From: Callorhinchus milii
Taxonomy: Eukaryota
Assembly (NCBI RefSeq): GCF_018977255.1
Contig: NW_024704742.1
Location: forward strand, 137,208,001 to 137,272,000
Direction of reading: 5' to 3'
Length of the DNA: 64,000 nt
Shown: piece after piece, positions 17,773 to 30,868 of the stretch
How the letters are laid out: every line of letters begins with the position of its first letter
How positions within the stretch are numbered: position 1 is the first letter of the stretch
Made by a program: the position numbers and the translations under genes
The notes under the pieces: generated by a model
Database searches by the model: none
What the model saw: only the letters and a program-made list of their open reading frames with translations
What the model was told of the DNA's origin: nothing

Positions 17773-17854
17773 CGGGTTAATCAGCTGTTGGAGTCTCTCA
17801 TTAACGCCGTTGATGTCAAACTCTTCAAATCTGTTGATCTCAAATGTTTCAAAC
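17773..17854 (-). pseudogene. Second copy of the myosin V-derived FETFEIN...NERLQQ exon
   Basis: Near-identical to 8980-9061, splice sites intact. Confidence 0.8.
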
Positions 17855-18321
17855 CTGCAGTGAAACTTGGCTCAGGTTTGGCGGTGCCCAGGAATCCAAC
17901 CCTGGTCCTCTGGCTTGCGGGGCGAGTGCTCTAACCACTACACCACAGGACTCCACAGGAACCTTTTCCATCTGGAAATAGAAATCCTTGTCTGCACCGC
18001 CTGAAAGAGGATAAGGCCGAGTTACCACACAAGACATCACCAGAGAGATTCGGGAGGAAAAGGCCTTTGGGCCCATTTGATTGCAAACTTCCCCAACGTC
18101 AGCCCATCACAGCATCTCAACTGGTTTGGGGATCGAGTCCCGGCTCAACCTTAGTGGATCGCCCTCCACTGAGAGGGTGAGAGAGAGAGGGGGTGAGAGA
18201 GAGAGAGAGAGAGTGAGAGATAGAGAGAGAGAGAGAGGGGGTGAGAGAGAGAGAGAGAGAGGGAGTGAGAGAGAGCGAGAGATAGAGAGAGAGAGCGACA
18301 GAGAGAGAGAGAGAGGGAAAC

Positions 18322-18467
18322 CATTGCCACGTTTATGATGTTCCATAACAGACAGTTCAATACCTCATCCAAATGCCGTCTCCGTCCATGTTGTGGTTCT
18401 GGTAGAAATCACTGCGCTCCTCCTCCTGCTCCTTCATGTCCTCCTCCTGCTCCAGTTTGAACACGAG
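18322..18467 (-). pseudogene. Copy of the myosin V-derived LVFKLEQEE exon
   Basis: Near-identical to 9717-9862. Confidence 0.75.
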
Positions 18468-18744
18468 CTGCAACGGGACAGTGAGGGGGGAAATCCCCGT
18501 ACCCTCCGCTCCCCCAGCGCCGGCCGCGCTTTCAGCCATTATGCCCCGAAACTCTGGAACTCTCTCCCCCAACACTTGTCCCCTCCGATCCCATCTTCAG
18601 GGGCTCCTCGAGTGGCTGAAGCCCGTGGCCACTGATCAGCACCAGACACACAGAGAGACACACACACAGACACACATACACATATGTACACACACAAACA
18701 GACACAAACAGACATACAAACACAGACCTACAGATGCACATACA

Positions 18745-19265
18745 ACAACAACAACAAGATTCCATTTATAAAGCGCCTTTCACGTCAGGAGGACGTCCCA
18801 AGGCGCTGCACAGTTGGGTCAGGACCCGAGCATTGGGGGGAAATGGTCAGGGTGAGGGGAGGGAAGGGAGGGAGCGAGGAGGGGGGAAATGGTCAGGGTG
18901 AGGGGAGGAAGGGAGGACGAGGAGGGGGAAATGGTCAGGGTGAGGGGAGGAAGGGAGGGAGTGAGGAGGGGTTAGAGAGTCGAGAGGGGAGCTGAAGGCT
19001 GAAGGTCAAAGAGAAAGGTCTTGAGACCGGCCTTGAAGGGGGAAAGGGAGGAAGCGGCGAAGGCACTGGGGATGGAGTTCCAGAGCCTCGGGCTGAGAGG
19101 CTGAAGGCCACCGATGGTCGGGCGGTTGGGGCGGGGATGGGAGCAGACCGGAGCCAGAGGAACGGAGGGTACGGGCAGGTAGGGAGGGATAGTAGGTCGG
19201 AGAGGTAGGAGGGAGCGAGGCCGTGAATGGCCTTGTAGGTGAGGATGAGGATCTTGAAATCAAAT
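18745..19265 (-). mobile_element. 5'-truncated L2 LINE with ACATACA target-site duplication
   Basis: Same subfamily as 16341-17252. TSD at 18738-18744 and 19266-19272. Confidence 0.88.
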
Positions 19266-22200
19266 ACATACAGACACACACAGACACAAACTCAGAGACA
19301 AACACACAGACGTACACACACACACAGACATACACACATACAAACACAGTGACACACACACAGACACACGCAGACACGCAGGCGCACACATACAGACCCA
19401 CACAGATGCACACACACAGACACGCGCGCAAACAGACCCACCCCCACAGAGACACACGCACACAGACACACACACACACCATACAGACACACACACACAC
19501 ACACAGACCATACAGACACACACACACACACACAGACCATACAGACACACACACACACATAAACAACAAAATTACATTTATATCGCGCATTTCACGTCGG
19601 GAGAATGTCACAGACACAGCCACAGATATACATACAGACACACTCAGACATATACATATACAGACAGACATACACACACACACAGACATGCACGCACACA
19701 CAGACATGCACGCACACACAGACATGCACGCACACACAGACAGACACACACACATAGATGCAGACACACGCACACAGGTGCTCACACACACAGACACACA
19801 TGCAAACACAGTGACACACACACACAGACACACATACACAGAACACACAGACACAGATACGCACACACAGACATATCTACAGACACAGTGACACACACAC
19901 ACACAGACACTCGCATACACACCCACGCAGGCACACCCACACTCACACCCATGCACAGACCCATACAGACGCGCGAACACACAGATGCACACACACAGAC
20001 GCGTGCGCACACAGAAGCACATCCACAAAGACACGCGCACACACACACACACACACACACACCATACAGACACACACACACCATACAGACACACACACAC
20101 CATACAGACACACACACACCATACAGACACACACACACACACCATACAGACACACACACACCATACAGACACACACACACACACACCATACAGACACACA
20201 CACACCATACAGACACACACACACACCATACAGACACACACACACACCATACAGACACACACACACCATACAGACACACACACACACACCATACAGACAC
20301 ACACCATACAGACACACACACACCATACAGACACACACACATACACAGAACAACAACAAAATTACATTTTTATAGCGCATTTCACGTCGGGAGAGTGTCA
20401 CACACACAGACACAGACACAGATGCACACACCAGAGACGCGCACACACACACACAAACAGACATACATATACACATACAGACACACACCGACATATACGC
20501 ACACAGACACAGACATACACACACAGACAGACAGACACACACACACGCAGACACACATACGCAGACGCTCACACATGCAGACACGCATACACACCCAGAC
20601 AGACACACACACACACAGACAGACAGACACACACACACACACACACAGACGCGCATACACACACAGATGCGCACACACAGAGACAGGCACACGCATATAT
20701 ACCCAGACAGATACACACACAGACACACATAAACAGACACCCTCAGACAGACACACACACAGACACACACACACATGCAGAAACACACACAAAAAAAACA
20801 CACACAGATAGACACAGACACAGGTACACAAACACAGACAGACACAGACACAGGAATCAGACACACACATAGAAACACACGCACACACAAATACACACAC
20901 ATGTACACACACAAACAGACGTACAAACACAGACGTACACACACAAATAGAAACACGCGCATACACACACGTACACACAGACATACACACACAGACATAC
21001 AAACACAGACATACACACGCTCATGCAGACACGCACAGACACACACTCAGAGACACACACACAGACATACACACAGACATACACAGACATGCACAGACAG
21101 ACACACATACAAACACAGTGACACACACACACACAGACAGACGCGCCAACACAGACATACCTACAGACACAGAGACACACAGACACCCGCACACAGACAG
21201 ACGCGGCCACACACACACAGATGCGCACACACAGAGACAGGCACACACATATATACCCAGACAGATACACACAGACACACATAGACAGACACCCTCAGAC
21301 AGACACACAGACACACACATACACACACATGCAGAAACAGACACACACACATACACACACAAAGACACACACAGAAACACACACACAAAAAAACACACAC
21401 ACAGACAGACAGACAGACACAGATAAACACAGACACCCACACGGCTGGAATCCTCGCACCTTCAGCCACTACACCCGAAACTCTGGAACTCTCCCCCTCA
21501 ACCCCTCGCCCCCTCCTTCCCCATCTTCAGGTCACGACTCGAGTGGCCACCGATTTGTAGACAAGTGAGAGGTTCTTGAAATCGATCGGATCTGTGAGAT
21601 AACAGACACCACGACACAGACACACAGAGACACACAGAGACACACAGAGAGACACAGAGAGAGAGAGAGTGGCACTGACAGACACACATGTAGAGAGAGA
21701 CATACATAGAGAGAAATAGAGAGAGACAGAGAGAGTGGCCACTGATCAGCACCAGACACACAGAGAGAGAGAGAGACACACACACACACACACATACGTA
21801 CACACACAAACAGACGTACAAACACAGACGTACACACACACATAGAAACACACACACACAGACACACAAACAGACATACAAACACAGACATACAGATGCA
21901 CATACAGACACACACACACACAAACTCAGAGACAAACACACAGACACACACACACAGACATACACACATACAAACACAGTGACACACACACAGACACACG
22001 CAGACACGCAGGCGCACACATACAGACCCACACAGATGCACACACACAGACACGCGCGCAAACAGACCCACCCCCACAGAGACACACGCACACAGACACA
22101 CACACACGCACACAGACACACACACACACACACAGACGCATACAGACACACGCACACAGACACACACACAGACCATACGGACACACACACACATATAAAC

Positions 22201-23674
22201 AACAAAATTACATTTATATCGCGCATTTCACGTCGGGAGAATGTCACAGACACAGCCACAGATATACATACAGACACACTCAGACATATACATATACAGA
22301 CAGACATACACACACACACAGACAGACACACACACACACACACACAGAGAGACACACACACACAGAGAGACACACAGACACACACACAGAGACAGAGAAT
22401 TCCATAAATTCACTGCCCTCCGAGCGGAGAAATGTGTTCACCGTACACACATACAAACACAGTGACACACACACAGACGCACAGACACACACACACAGCG
22501 ACACACACACACACTCACAAAGTCGCACATACACAGAACCACACAGACGCGCAAACACACAGTTGCACACACACACACACACACACAAACGTACACAGAC
22601 ACAGCCGTGCGCGCACACAGATGCGAACCCACAGAGACACAGACACACACACCCACATAGACACATACACACACACACAACACAGACACACACACACCAT
22701 ACAGACACACACACAACAACAACAACAACAAAGTTACATTTATATAGCGCATTTCACGTCGGGAGAATGACATTCACACACAGACATACAGACACACACA
22801 CACACACGGACACACACACACCATACAGCCACACACACACACACACATACACACAGAGAAACAGACACACACACACAGACAGATACAGATAGACACACAC
22901 ATGGCTGGAATCCTTGTGCCTTCAGCCACTACTCCCCGAAACTCACATAGACAGACACCCTCAGACAGACAGACACACACGTAGAAACAGACGCACACAG
23001 ATACACACACACACTCAGAGAAACACACACAAATACACACACATAGACAGACACAGACACAGATAGACACAGACACACACACGGCTGGAATCCTCGCGCC
23101 TCTCCCCCTCAACCCCTCGCCCCCTCCTTCCCCATCTTCAGGTCGCGACTCGAGTGGCTGAAAGCATTGCCACCGATTTGTAGACACGTGAGAGGTTCTT
23201 GAACTCGATCTGATCTGTGAGATAACAGACACCGAGACAGAGACACACAGAGACACACAGAGACACACAGAGAGAGACATACACACAGAGAGACACACAC
23301 ACAGATATACACTGAGAGATAGAGACACAGACATACACAGAAAAAGAGAGAGACATACACAAAGTAAGATGTATACGGAGACACACACACACACACAGAC
23401 GTAACCACACAGACAGAGACATACACACACAGAGATATAAACGGAGACATACACACACACAGAAGTACACACACACAGACAGACATCCACACACTCATAC
23501 ACTGATACACACAGAGAGACACACAGAGAGAGACACACACGGCGATATACATACAGGGACACACACACAGAGAGATATACACAGAGAGAGACATTCACAC
23601 AGAGACACACAGACAGAGAGACACACACATAAAGGGAGACATATACCCTCTCACACTGACTCACTCTCTCTTAC

Positions 23675-23963
23675 CAGGTTAATCTGCTGCTGGAGTCTCT
23701 CATTACTCTCATTACCTGGAGTCTCTCAAGACTTCTCTCTTGCTCTCTGGCATCTCTTTCGCTGAACAATTCCCACTCTCACCAAATTCCTGCACCGAAT
23801 TCCCACTCTGCTCCGTCCTCACTCAGGTACGTCCTCGCTCTGCTGGGCTCTCTGCTCGAGGCCTTGGCTTTCAAGCAGAAACTTGTTGATGTAGAACAAG
23901 TCCATGAGCCTTTGCGATTTTTCTTTGGTCAACAGTTGGCCAATTCCAGGACAACCCAGAATT
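23675..23963 (-). pseudogene. Copy of the 289-nt SNERLQQQINL cassette
   Basis: Near-identical to 5240-5528. Confidence 0.6.
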
Positions 23964-24264
23964 CTGGATAGAGTTAGCGATTGAGAGCAACGGAGAGTGC
24001 GAGAGAGAGAGAGAGAAAGAGAGAGCCAGAGAGAGAGAGAGAGAGGCAGAGAGAGAGAGCCAGACAGAGAGCCAGAGAGATAGCCAGAGAACGTGAGCGA
24101 GAGTTCTGGATAGAGTTAGTGATAAAGGGCAAGAGAGCACGAGAGAGAGAGAGAGAGAGAAGCAGAGAGAGAGCCAGAGAGAGAGCTCAAGTGAGAGAGC
24201 GAGCAAGAGAACCAGAGAGAGAACCAGAGAGAGAGCCAGAGAGAGTGAGAGAGAGGGAGACAGA

Positions 24265-24296
<32 letters not shown>

Positions 24297-25164
24297 CAGA
24301 GAGACAGAGAGAGATGGAGTGAGAAAGCGACTCTGTTAAGAGGCCACACATCCCATCCCACACACAGCAATCTCCAAGTTGAGGGACATCCATGGATCTC
24401 AAGCCCAGTGATGGGTCTCTCTCTATATGTGGCTCATGAACAACATCTGGCGACCAAACCTGTTGTCGAGCCGTGTCAGCAACACAAGCCCCAAACTGGT
24501 GACCAGCAGCTGTATTGGGTACCAAACAATGGGAGCATTACCGAGCAAGTTAGCCACCAGGTTGGCTACCAAATAAGGGCAGAACCTGGGAAACCATGTG
24601 CCTGCTGGGGGGGGGGGGGGGGGGACGTGGGGTCTCCTTAGACCCCAACGGGCTTCAAGGTGACATACCTGGCAACAGGAAGTCAGCACGGAACCATCCC
24701 TCGGTGGTAATCTCCATGGCAACCAATGGGGTTGGGTCCTCAAGCCATCAGACCATAAGACGTAGGAGCAGGAGTAGGCCATTCAGCCCCTCCAGCCTAA
24801 GCTACGGGGAGTCCTTACTCCACACGTCTGATAATAACCCCTCAAAGAAATAAGAAATTGGCCATTTCAACCCACGACTGTTTGTGGGACACTGTTGTGC
24901 ACAATTGGTTCCCACATTTCGCCCACAATTATACAAACATACAGTCAATTCACTTTGCAGCCGATTCACAAATACCGTCCTCTGTCCAATCTATGACCCT
25001 CAGTCTTCAATATGTTGAAGGACTGAGCAGCCACAGCCTCTGGGGTAGAGAATTCCACAAATTCACTGCCCTCTGAGCGAAGAAATGTTTCCTCAACTCA
25101 GTTCAAAAGACTGACCCTTAATCTTGAGACTATGACCCCAGTTTCAGATTCTCCAAACAGTAAG

Positions 25165-25340
25165 ACTTCTATGTGACTCCTTGTCAAATGCCTTCTGGAA
25201 ATCCAAATACACCACATCTACTGGTTCCGCCCTATCTAACCTGACAGGTACACCCTCAAAAAACTCTATATGGTTTGTTAAACACGATTTCCCTTTCGTA
25301 AAGCCGTGGCGACTCTGCCTAATCATGTTAGGATTTTCTA
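25165..25340 (-). mobile_element. CR1 reverse transcriptase fragment
   Basis: RQSRHGFTKGKSCLTNHIEFFE...PVDVVYLDFQKAFDK. Confidence 0.9.
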
Positions 25341-26292
25341 AGTACCCCATCCTACACACAGTTCAATTCCAGGCAGAGGGCGAAACCGTGGGCAAGTTTC
25401 CTTACCCCACACACCTAATAATAATCCCTCCAAAAACACAACAATAATAAATTGGTCATTTTCAATCCATGATTGTTTGTGGGACATTGCTGTGCGCAAT
25501 TGGCTGCCGCGTTTCGCCCACAAATATACAGTCAATTCACTTTACAGTCTATTCTGTGAAGTGCTTTGAGACATTGAGAAGAGGTAAAAAGCGCTATATC
25601 AAATGCAAGGATTATTATTATTATTATTATTATTTCTTCGCTCAAAGGGCAGTGAATTTCTGGAATCCTCTACCCCAGAGACTGTGGCTGCTCAGTCCTT
25701 GAACATATTCAAGACTGAGGGTGATAGGTTTCTAAAGGATGGAGGGATTAAGGGCTATGGGGTAAATGGAATTAATAATAATAATAGTCCTTGCATTTGA
25801 GATAGCGGTTTTCATGACTTCTTGACGTCTCAAAGCGCTTCACAGAATACAACAAAAGCAACAACAACAAGATTACATTTGTATAGCGCCTTTCACGTTG
25901 GGAGGACGTCCCAAGGCGCTGGACAGAGGTCAGTATTTCAGTATCTGGACAGAAGACAGTATTTGTGAATCGGCTGCAAAGTGAATTGACTGTATATTTG
26001 TGGGTGAAATGTGGGAACCAATTGCGCACAACAGTGTCCCACAAACAGTCGTGGGTTGAAATGGCCAATTTATTATTTCTTTGAGGGGTTATTATCAGGT
26101 GTGTGGAGTAAGGACTCCCCGTAGCTTAGGTTAGGGTAGAAGATCAGCCATGATCTTATTAAATGGCGGGGCAGGCTGGAGGGGCTGAATGGCCTACTCC
26201 TGCTCCTACGTCTTATGGTCTGATGGCTTGAGGACCCCACACAGTGACTTGGGTTAGTGCCGGAGGTTAACAGCTAAACCCCATTGGTTGCC

Positions 26293-26590
26293 ATGGAGAT
26301 TACCACCGAGGGTTGGTTCCGTGCTGACTTCCTGTTGCCAGGTATGTCACCTTGAAGCCCGTTGGGGTCTAAGGAGACCCCACGTCCCCCTCCCCCCCTC
26401 CCCCCCAGCAGGCACATGGTTTCCCAGGTTCTGCCCTTATTTGGTAACCAACCTGGTGGCTAACTTGCTCGGTAATGCTCCCATTGTTTGGTACCCAATA
26501 CAGCTGCTGGTCACCAGTTTGGGGCTTGTGTTGCTGACACGGCTCGACAACAGGTTTGGTCGCCAGATGTTGTTCATGAGCCACATATAG
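26293..26590 (+). other. Candidate spliced 75-codon ORF (exons 26293-26341 and 26412-26590) at the 5' end of the duplicated module. Minus-strand copies: 6048-6345, 12557-12853, 24423-24717
   Basis: gccATGG Kozak context, CAG|gtatgt donor, C-rich tract plus cagcag acceptor. No recognised homology. Confidence 0.3.
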
Positions 26591-26700
26591 AGAGAGACCC
26601 ATCACTGGGCTTGAGATCCATGGATGTCCCTCAACTTGGAGATTGCTGTGTGTGGGATGGGATGTGTGGCCTCTTAACAGAGTCGCTTTCTCACTCCATC

Positions 26701-26744
<44 letters not shown>

Positions 26745-27059
26745 TTCTCTCTCGCTCTCTCTCTCTCTCTCTCTCACTCTGGCTCTCTCTCTCGCTCTCT
26801 CTCTCTCTTCTGGCTCTCTCTCTGACTCTCTCTCTCGCTCTTCTCCTCTCTCTCTGGCTCTCTCTTCGCTCTCTCTCTCTCTCTCTCTGGCTCCTCTCTC
26901 GCTCTCTCTCTGGTTCTCTCGCTTGAGCTGTCTCTCACTCTCTCTCTATTTCTCTCGCTCACTCTCTCGCCTGAGCTCTCTCTGACTCTCTCTTTCGCTC
27001 TCTCTCCCTCTCTCTCTCTCTTGCACTTTCTGTCGCTCTCTAACACTAACTCTATCCAG

Positions 27060-27348
27060 AATTCTGGGTTGTCCTGGAATTGGCCAACTGTTAACCAAAG
27101 AAAAATCGCAAAGGCGCATGGACTTGTTCAACTTCGACAAGTTACTGCTTGAAAGCCAAGGCCTCGAGCAGAGAGCCCAGCAGAGCGAGGACGTACCTGA
27201 GTGAGGACGGAACAAAGTGGGAATTCTGTGCAGGAATTTGGTGAGAGTGGGAATTCTTCAGCGAAAGAGATGCTGGAGAGCAAGAGAGAAGTCTTGAGAG
27301 ACTCCAGGTAATGAGAGTAATGAGAGACTCCAGCAGCAGATTAACCTG
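27060..27348 (+). pseudogene. Inverted copy of the 289-nt SNERLQQQINL cassette
   Basis: Reverse complement of 5240-5528 and 23675-23963. Confidence 0.6.
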
Positions 27349-29751
27349 GTAAGAGAGAGTGAGTCAGTGTGAGAGGGTATATGTCTCCCTTTATGTGTGT
27401 GTGTCTCTCTGTCTGTGTGTCTCTGTGTGAATGTCTCTCTCTGTATATGTCTCTCTCTGTGTATGTCTGTGTGTGTGTGTCTCTCTCTGTGTGTCTCTCT
27501 GTGTCTCTGTGTGTGTCTCTGTGTGTCTCTGTGTGTGTCTCTGTGTGTCTCTGTGTGTCTCTGTGTCTCTGTGTGTCTCTGTGTGTCTCTGTGTGTCTCT
27601 CTGTGTGTCTCTGTGTCTCTCTGTGTGTCTCTCTGTGTGTCTCTGTGTGTCTCTGTCGTGGTGTCTGTTATCTCACAGATCAGATCGATTTCAAGAACCT
27701 CTCACTTGTCTACAAATCGGTGGCCACTCGAGTCGCGACCTGAAGATGGGGAAGGAGGGGGCGAGGGGTTGAGGGGGAGAGTTCCAGAGTTTCGGGTGTA
27801 GTGGCTGAAGGCACGAGGATTCCAGCCGTGTGTGTGTGTGTGTGTGTGTGTGTATTTTTTTGTGTGTGTGTTTCTGTCTGTGTGTGTGTATGTGTGTGTC
27901 TGTGTGTGTATCTGTCTGGATGTACATGCGTGTGCCTGTTTCTGTGTGTGCGCATCTGTATGTGTATGCGCGTCTGTGTGCATGTGTGTGTGTCTGTCTG
28001 TGTGTGTGTCTGTCTGGGTGTGTATGCGTGTCTGCGTATGTGAGCATCTGCGTGTGTGTGTGCCTGTTTGCGTCTGTGTGTGTCTGCATCTGTGTGTGCA
28101 TGTGTGTGGTGTGTGTGTGTCTGTATGGTGTGTGTGTCTCTGTGTGTGTGTTTATGCACGTCTGTGTCGTGTGTGTGTCTGTGTGCGTGTGTGTCTATCT
28201 GTGTGTGTGTCTGTCTGGGTGCGTATGCGTGTCTGCGTGTGTGAGAGTCTGCGTGTGTGTGTATCTGCATCTGTGTGTATGTCTGTGTGTGCATTCTGTG
28301 TGTGTCTGCATCTTGTTGTGTGTATGGTGTGTGTGTGTCTGTTATGGTATGTGTGTTCTCTGTGTGTGTGTGTGTATGCACGTCTGTGTGCGTGTGTGTG
28401 TGTGTGTGTCTGTGTGTGTGTGTGTGTCTGTATGGTGTGTGTGTCTCTGTGTGTGTGTTTATGCACGTCTGTGTGCGTGTGTGTGTCTGTGTGCGTGTGT
28501 GTCTATCTGTGTGTGTGTCTGTCTGGGTGCGTATGCGTGTCTGCGTGTGTGAGAGTCTGCGTGTGTGTGTATCTGCATCTGTGTGTATGTCTGTGTGTGC
28601 ATGTCTGTGTGTGTCTGCATCTGTGTGTGTATGTGTGTGTGTGTGTGTGTGTCTGTATGGTATGTGTGTCTCTGTGTGTGTGTGTATGCACGTCTGTGTG
28701 CGTGTGTGTGTGTGTCTGTGTGTGTGTGTGTCTATCTGTGTGTGTGTGTCTGTCTGGGTGCGTATGCGTATCTGCTTGTGTGAGAGTCTGCGTGTGTGTG
28801 TGTCTGCATCTGTGTGTATGTCTGTGTGTGTATGTATGTGTGTGTGTGTCTGTATGGTACGTGTGTCTGTGTGTGTGTGTGTGTGCGTGTGTGTGTCTGT
28901 CTGTGTGTGCATGCATGTCTGTGCGTGTATATGTCTGTGTGTCTGAGGTGTCTTCTGAGTGTCTATTGTGTCTGTCTATGTCTGTCTGTGTCTGTGTGTG
29001 TATCTGTCTGGATGTATATGTGTGTGTCTGTCTCTGTGTGTGCGCATCTGTGTGTATGCGCGTCTGTGTGCGTGTGTGTGTGTCTGTCTGTGTGTGTGTA
29101 TGTCTGTGTCTGTATAAGTCTGTGTGTGTCTGTATGTGTATATATATGTCTATGTGTGTGTTTGTGTGTGTGTATGTGTGTGTGTGCGTCTCTGGTGTGT
29201 GCATCTGTGTCTGTGTGTCTGTGTGTGTGACATTCTTCCAACGTGAAATGCGCTATAAAAATGTAATTTTGTTGTTGTTGTTCTGTGTATGTGTGTGTGT
29301 GTGTATGGTGTGTGTGTGTCTGTGTGTGTGTCTGTATGGTGTGTGTGTGTCTGTGTGTGCGCGTGTCTCTGTGGGTGTACGTCTGCGCGCGTCTGTGTGT
29401 GTGCATCTGTGTGTTTGCGGGTCTGTGTGGGTCTGTATGTGTACGACTGTGTGAGTGTGGGTGTGCCTGCGTGTGTGTGTCTGCGAGTGTCTGTGTGTGT
29501 ATCTCTGTGTCTGTAGGTATCTGTGTGTTCTGTGTATGTGTGTCTGTGTGTGTGTCACTGTGTTTGTATGTGTGTCTGTCTGTGTATGTTTGTGTATGTC
29601 TGTGTGTATGTCTGTGTGTGTCTCTGAGTGTGTTTCTGTGTGTGTCTGCATGTGCGTGTGTATGTCTGTGTTTGTATGTCTGTGTGTGTGTGTTTCTGTG
29701 TGTGTGTATATCTGTGTGCGTCTGTTTCTGCATATGTGTGTGTGTGTATGT

Positions 29752-30230
29752 GACTCTGTCCCTGGTAATGGATTCCAGTACTTTCCCTACAACTGGCATT
29801 ATACTGACAGGTCTGTAATGTGCTGGTTTCTCCCTCCCCCCCTTCTTAAATAAAGGGGTGCCATTGCAATTTTCAAAACTAAGGCCACAATTCCTGAATC
29901 TACTGATATTTGGAATCTGCAATTTCCTCTCCTATTCCCGTTAACACCCTGAGGTGGAAACTAAACTGGAGATTTGTCTATCTTGACTCATTATTTTCTC
30001 CATTGCCTTTTTTTTATTGTGGTATTAATTTTATTGAGCATTTCTCTTTGACTTATCTCCTCTGTACGGCTGGTATTCTGTCCTCATCCTCTCGTGTAAA
30101 AACGGGAGCAACGTATTTATTTAGCAAGTCAGACATTTCCTTTATTTTCCGTTTATAGTCTCACCCACATCTGTGTTTAACGGACCCACATTCCCTTGAC
30201 CGTTTCTTTTAATATATTTATAAAAAGATT
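29752..30230 (-). mobile_element. CR1 ORF2 fragment
   Basis: PLFKKGGREKPAHYRPVSIMPVVGKVLESITRDRV. Confidence 0.85.
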
Positions 30231-30868
30231 TTACTGACGCTCCTCTTCTTATTTTCTTTGTTTTATTATTAATATTGGTGGCGGGGTGGGGGGCCTTCTG
30301 CCAATCTGCCCCCCACAGTCCCTCCCAGCCTCGCCACTTCCCTTGCCATCGTCAAGATGCGTCTCAAAGCCCTCCCCTTCGCCCGTGCTTTCGATCTCCC
30401 TCCTTCCACCCCCCCCACCCCCCTCCCCGGCTCCGATCCCCAGCTCAGGTCCGAAACACTGACCGTCCAGCGCCTCGGGACGTCCTCCCGACGTGAAGCG
30501 TAATGAAGTTGTTGGCGTCTCCCCGTGTTGCCTTTTGTAGGTCTCCCAAGTCCTCTGCATTCCCACCGCCTCCGAGTAAACCTTTCCTTGTAGCTCGACG
30601 CAGTCTCCAACCGCTCGTGACCACCGCTCGCGGTTGCTTAACTGCACGACTGGAGCTGTTGCAGTCGAGGGTTGTCCGTGTACTTGTTGTGTAGCGTCTC
30701 AAATGGTGTTTGTGAATCCTTCCCATTGTTCAGGTTGACCCACCGTCCCGGAGTGAGTGTGTGAGCGAGTGAGTGAGCGAGTGAGTGAGTGAGCGAGTGA
30801 GCGAGTAAGTGAGTGAGTGTGTGAGTGTGTGCGAGTGAGTGTGTGAGTGAGTGAGTGAGTGTGTGAAG

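Larger units (their letters stand above)
23080..27830. repeat. Large inverted duplication (arms about 23080-24990 and 25945-27830)
   Basis: 25945-27830 is the reverse complement of the module at 23080-24990 and 4600-6660. Confidence 0.9.
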
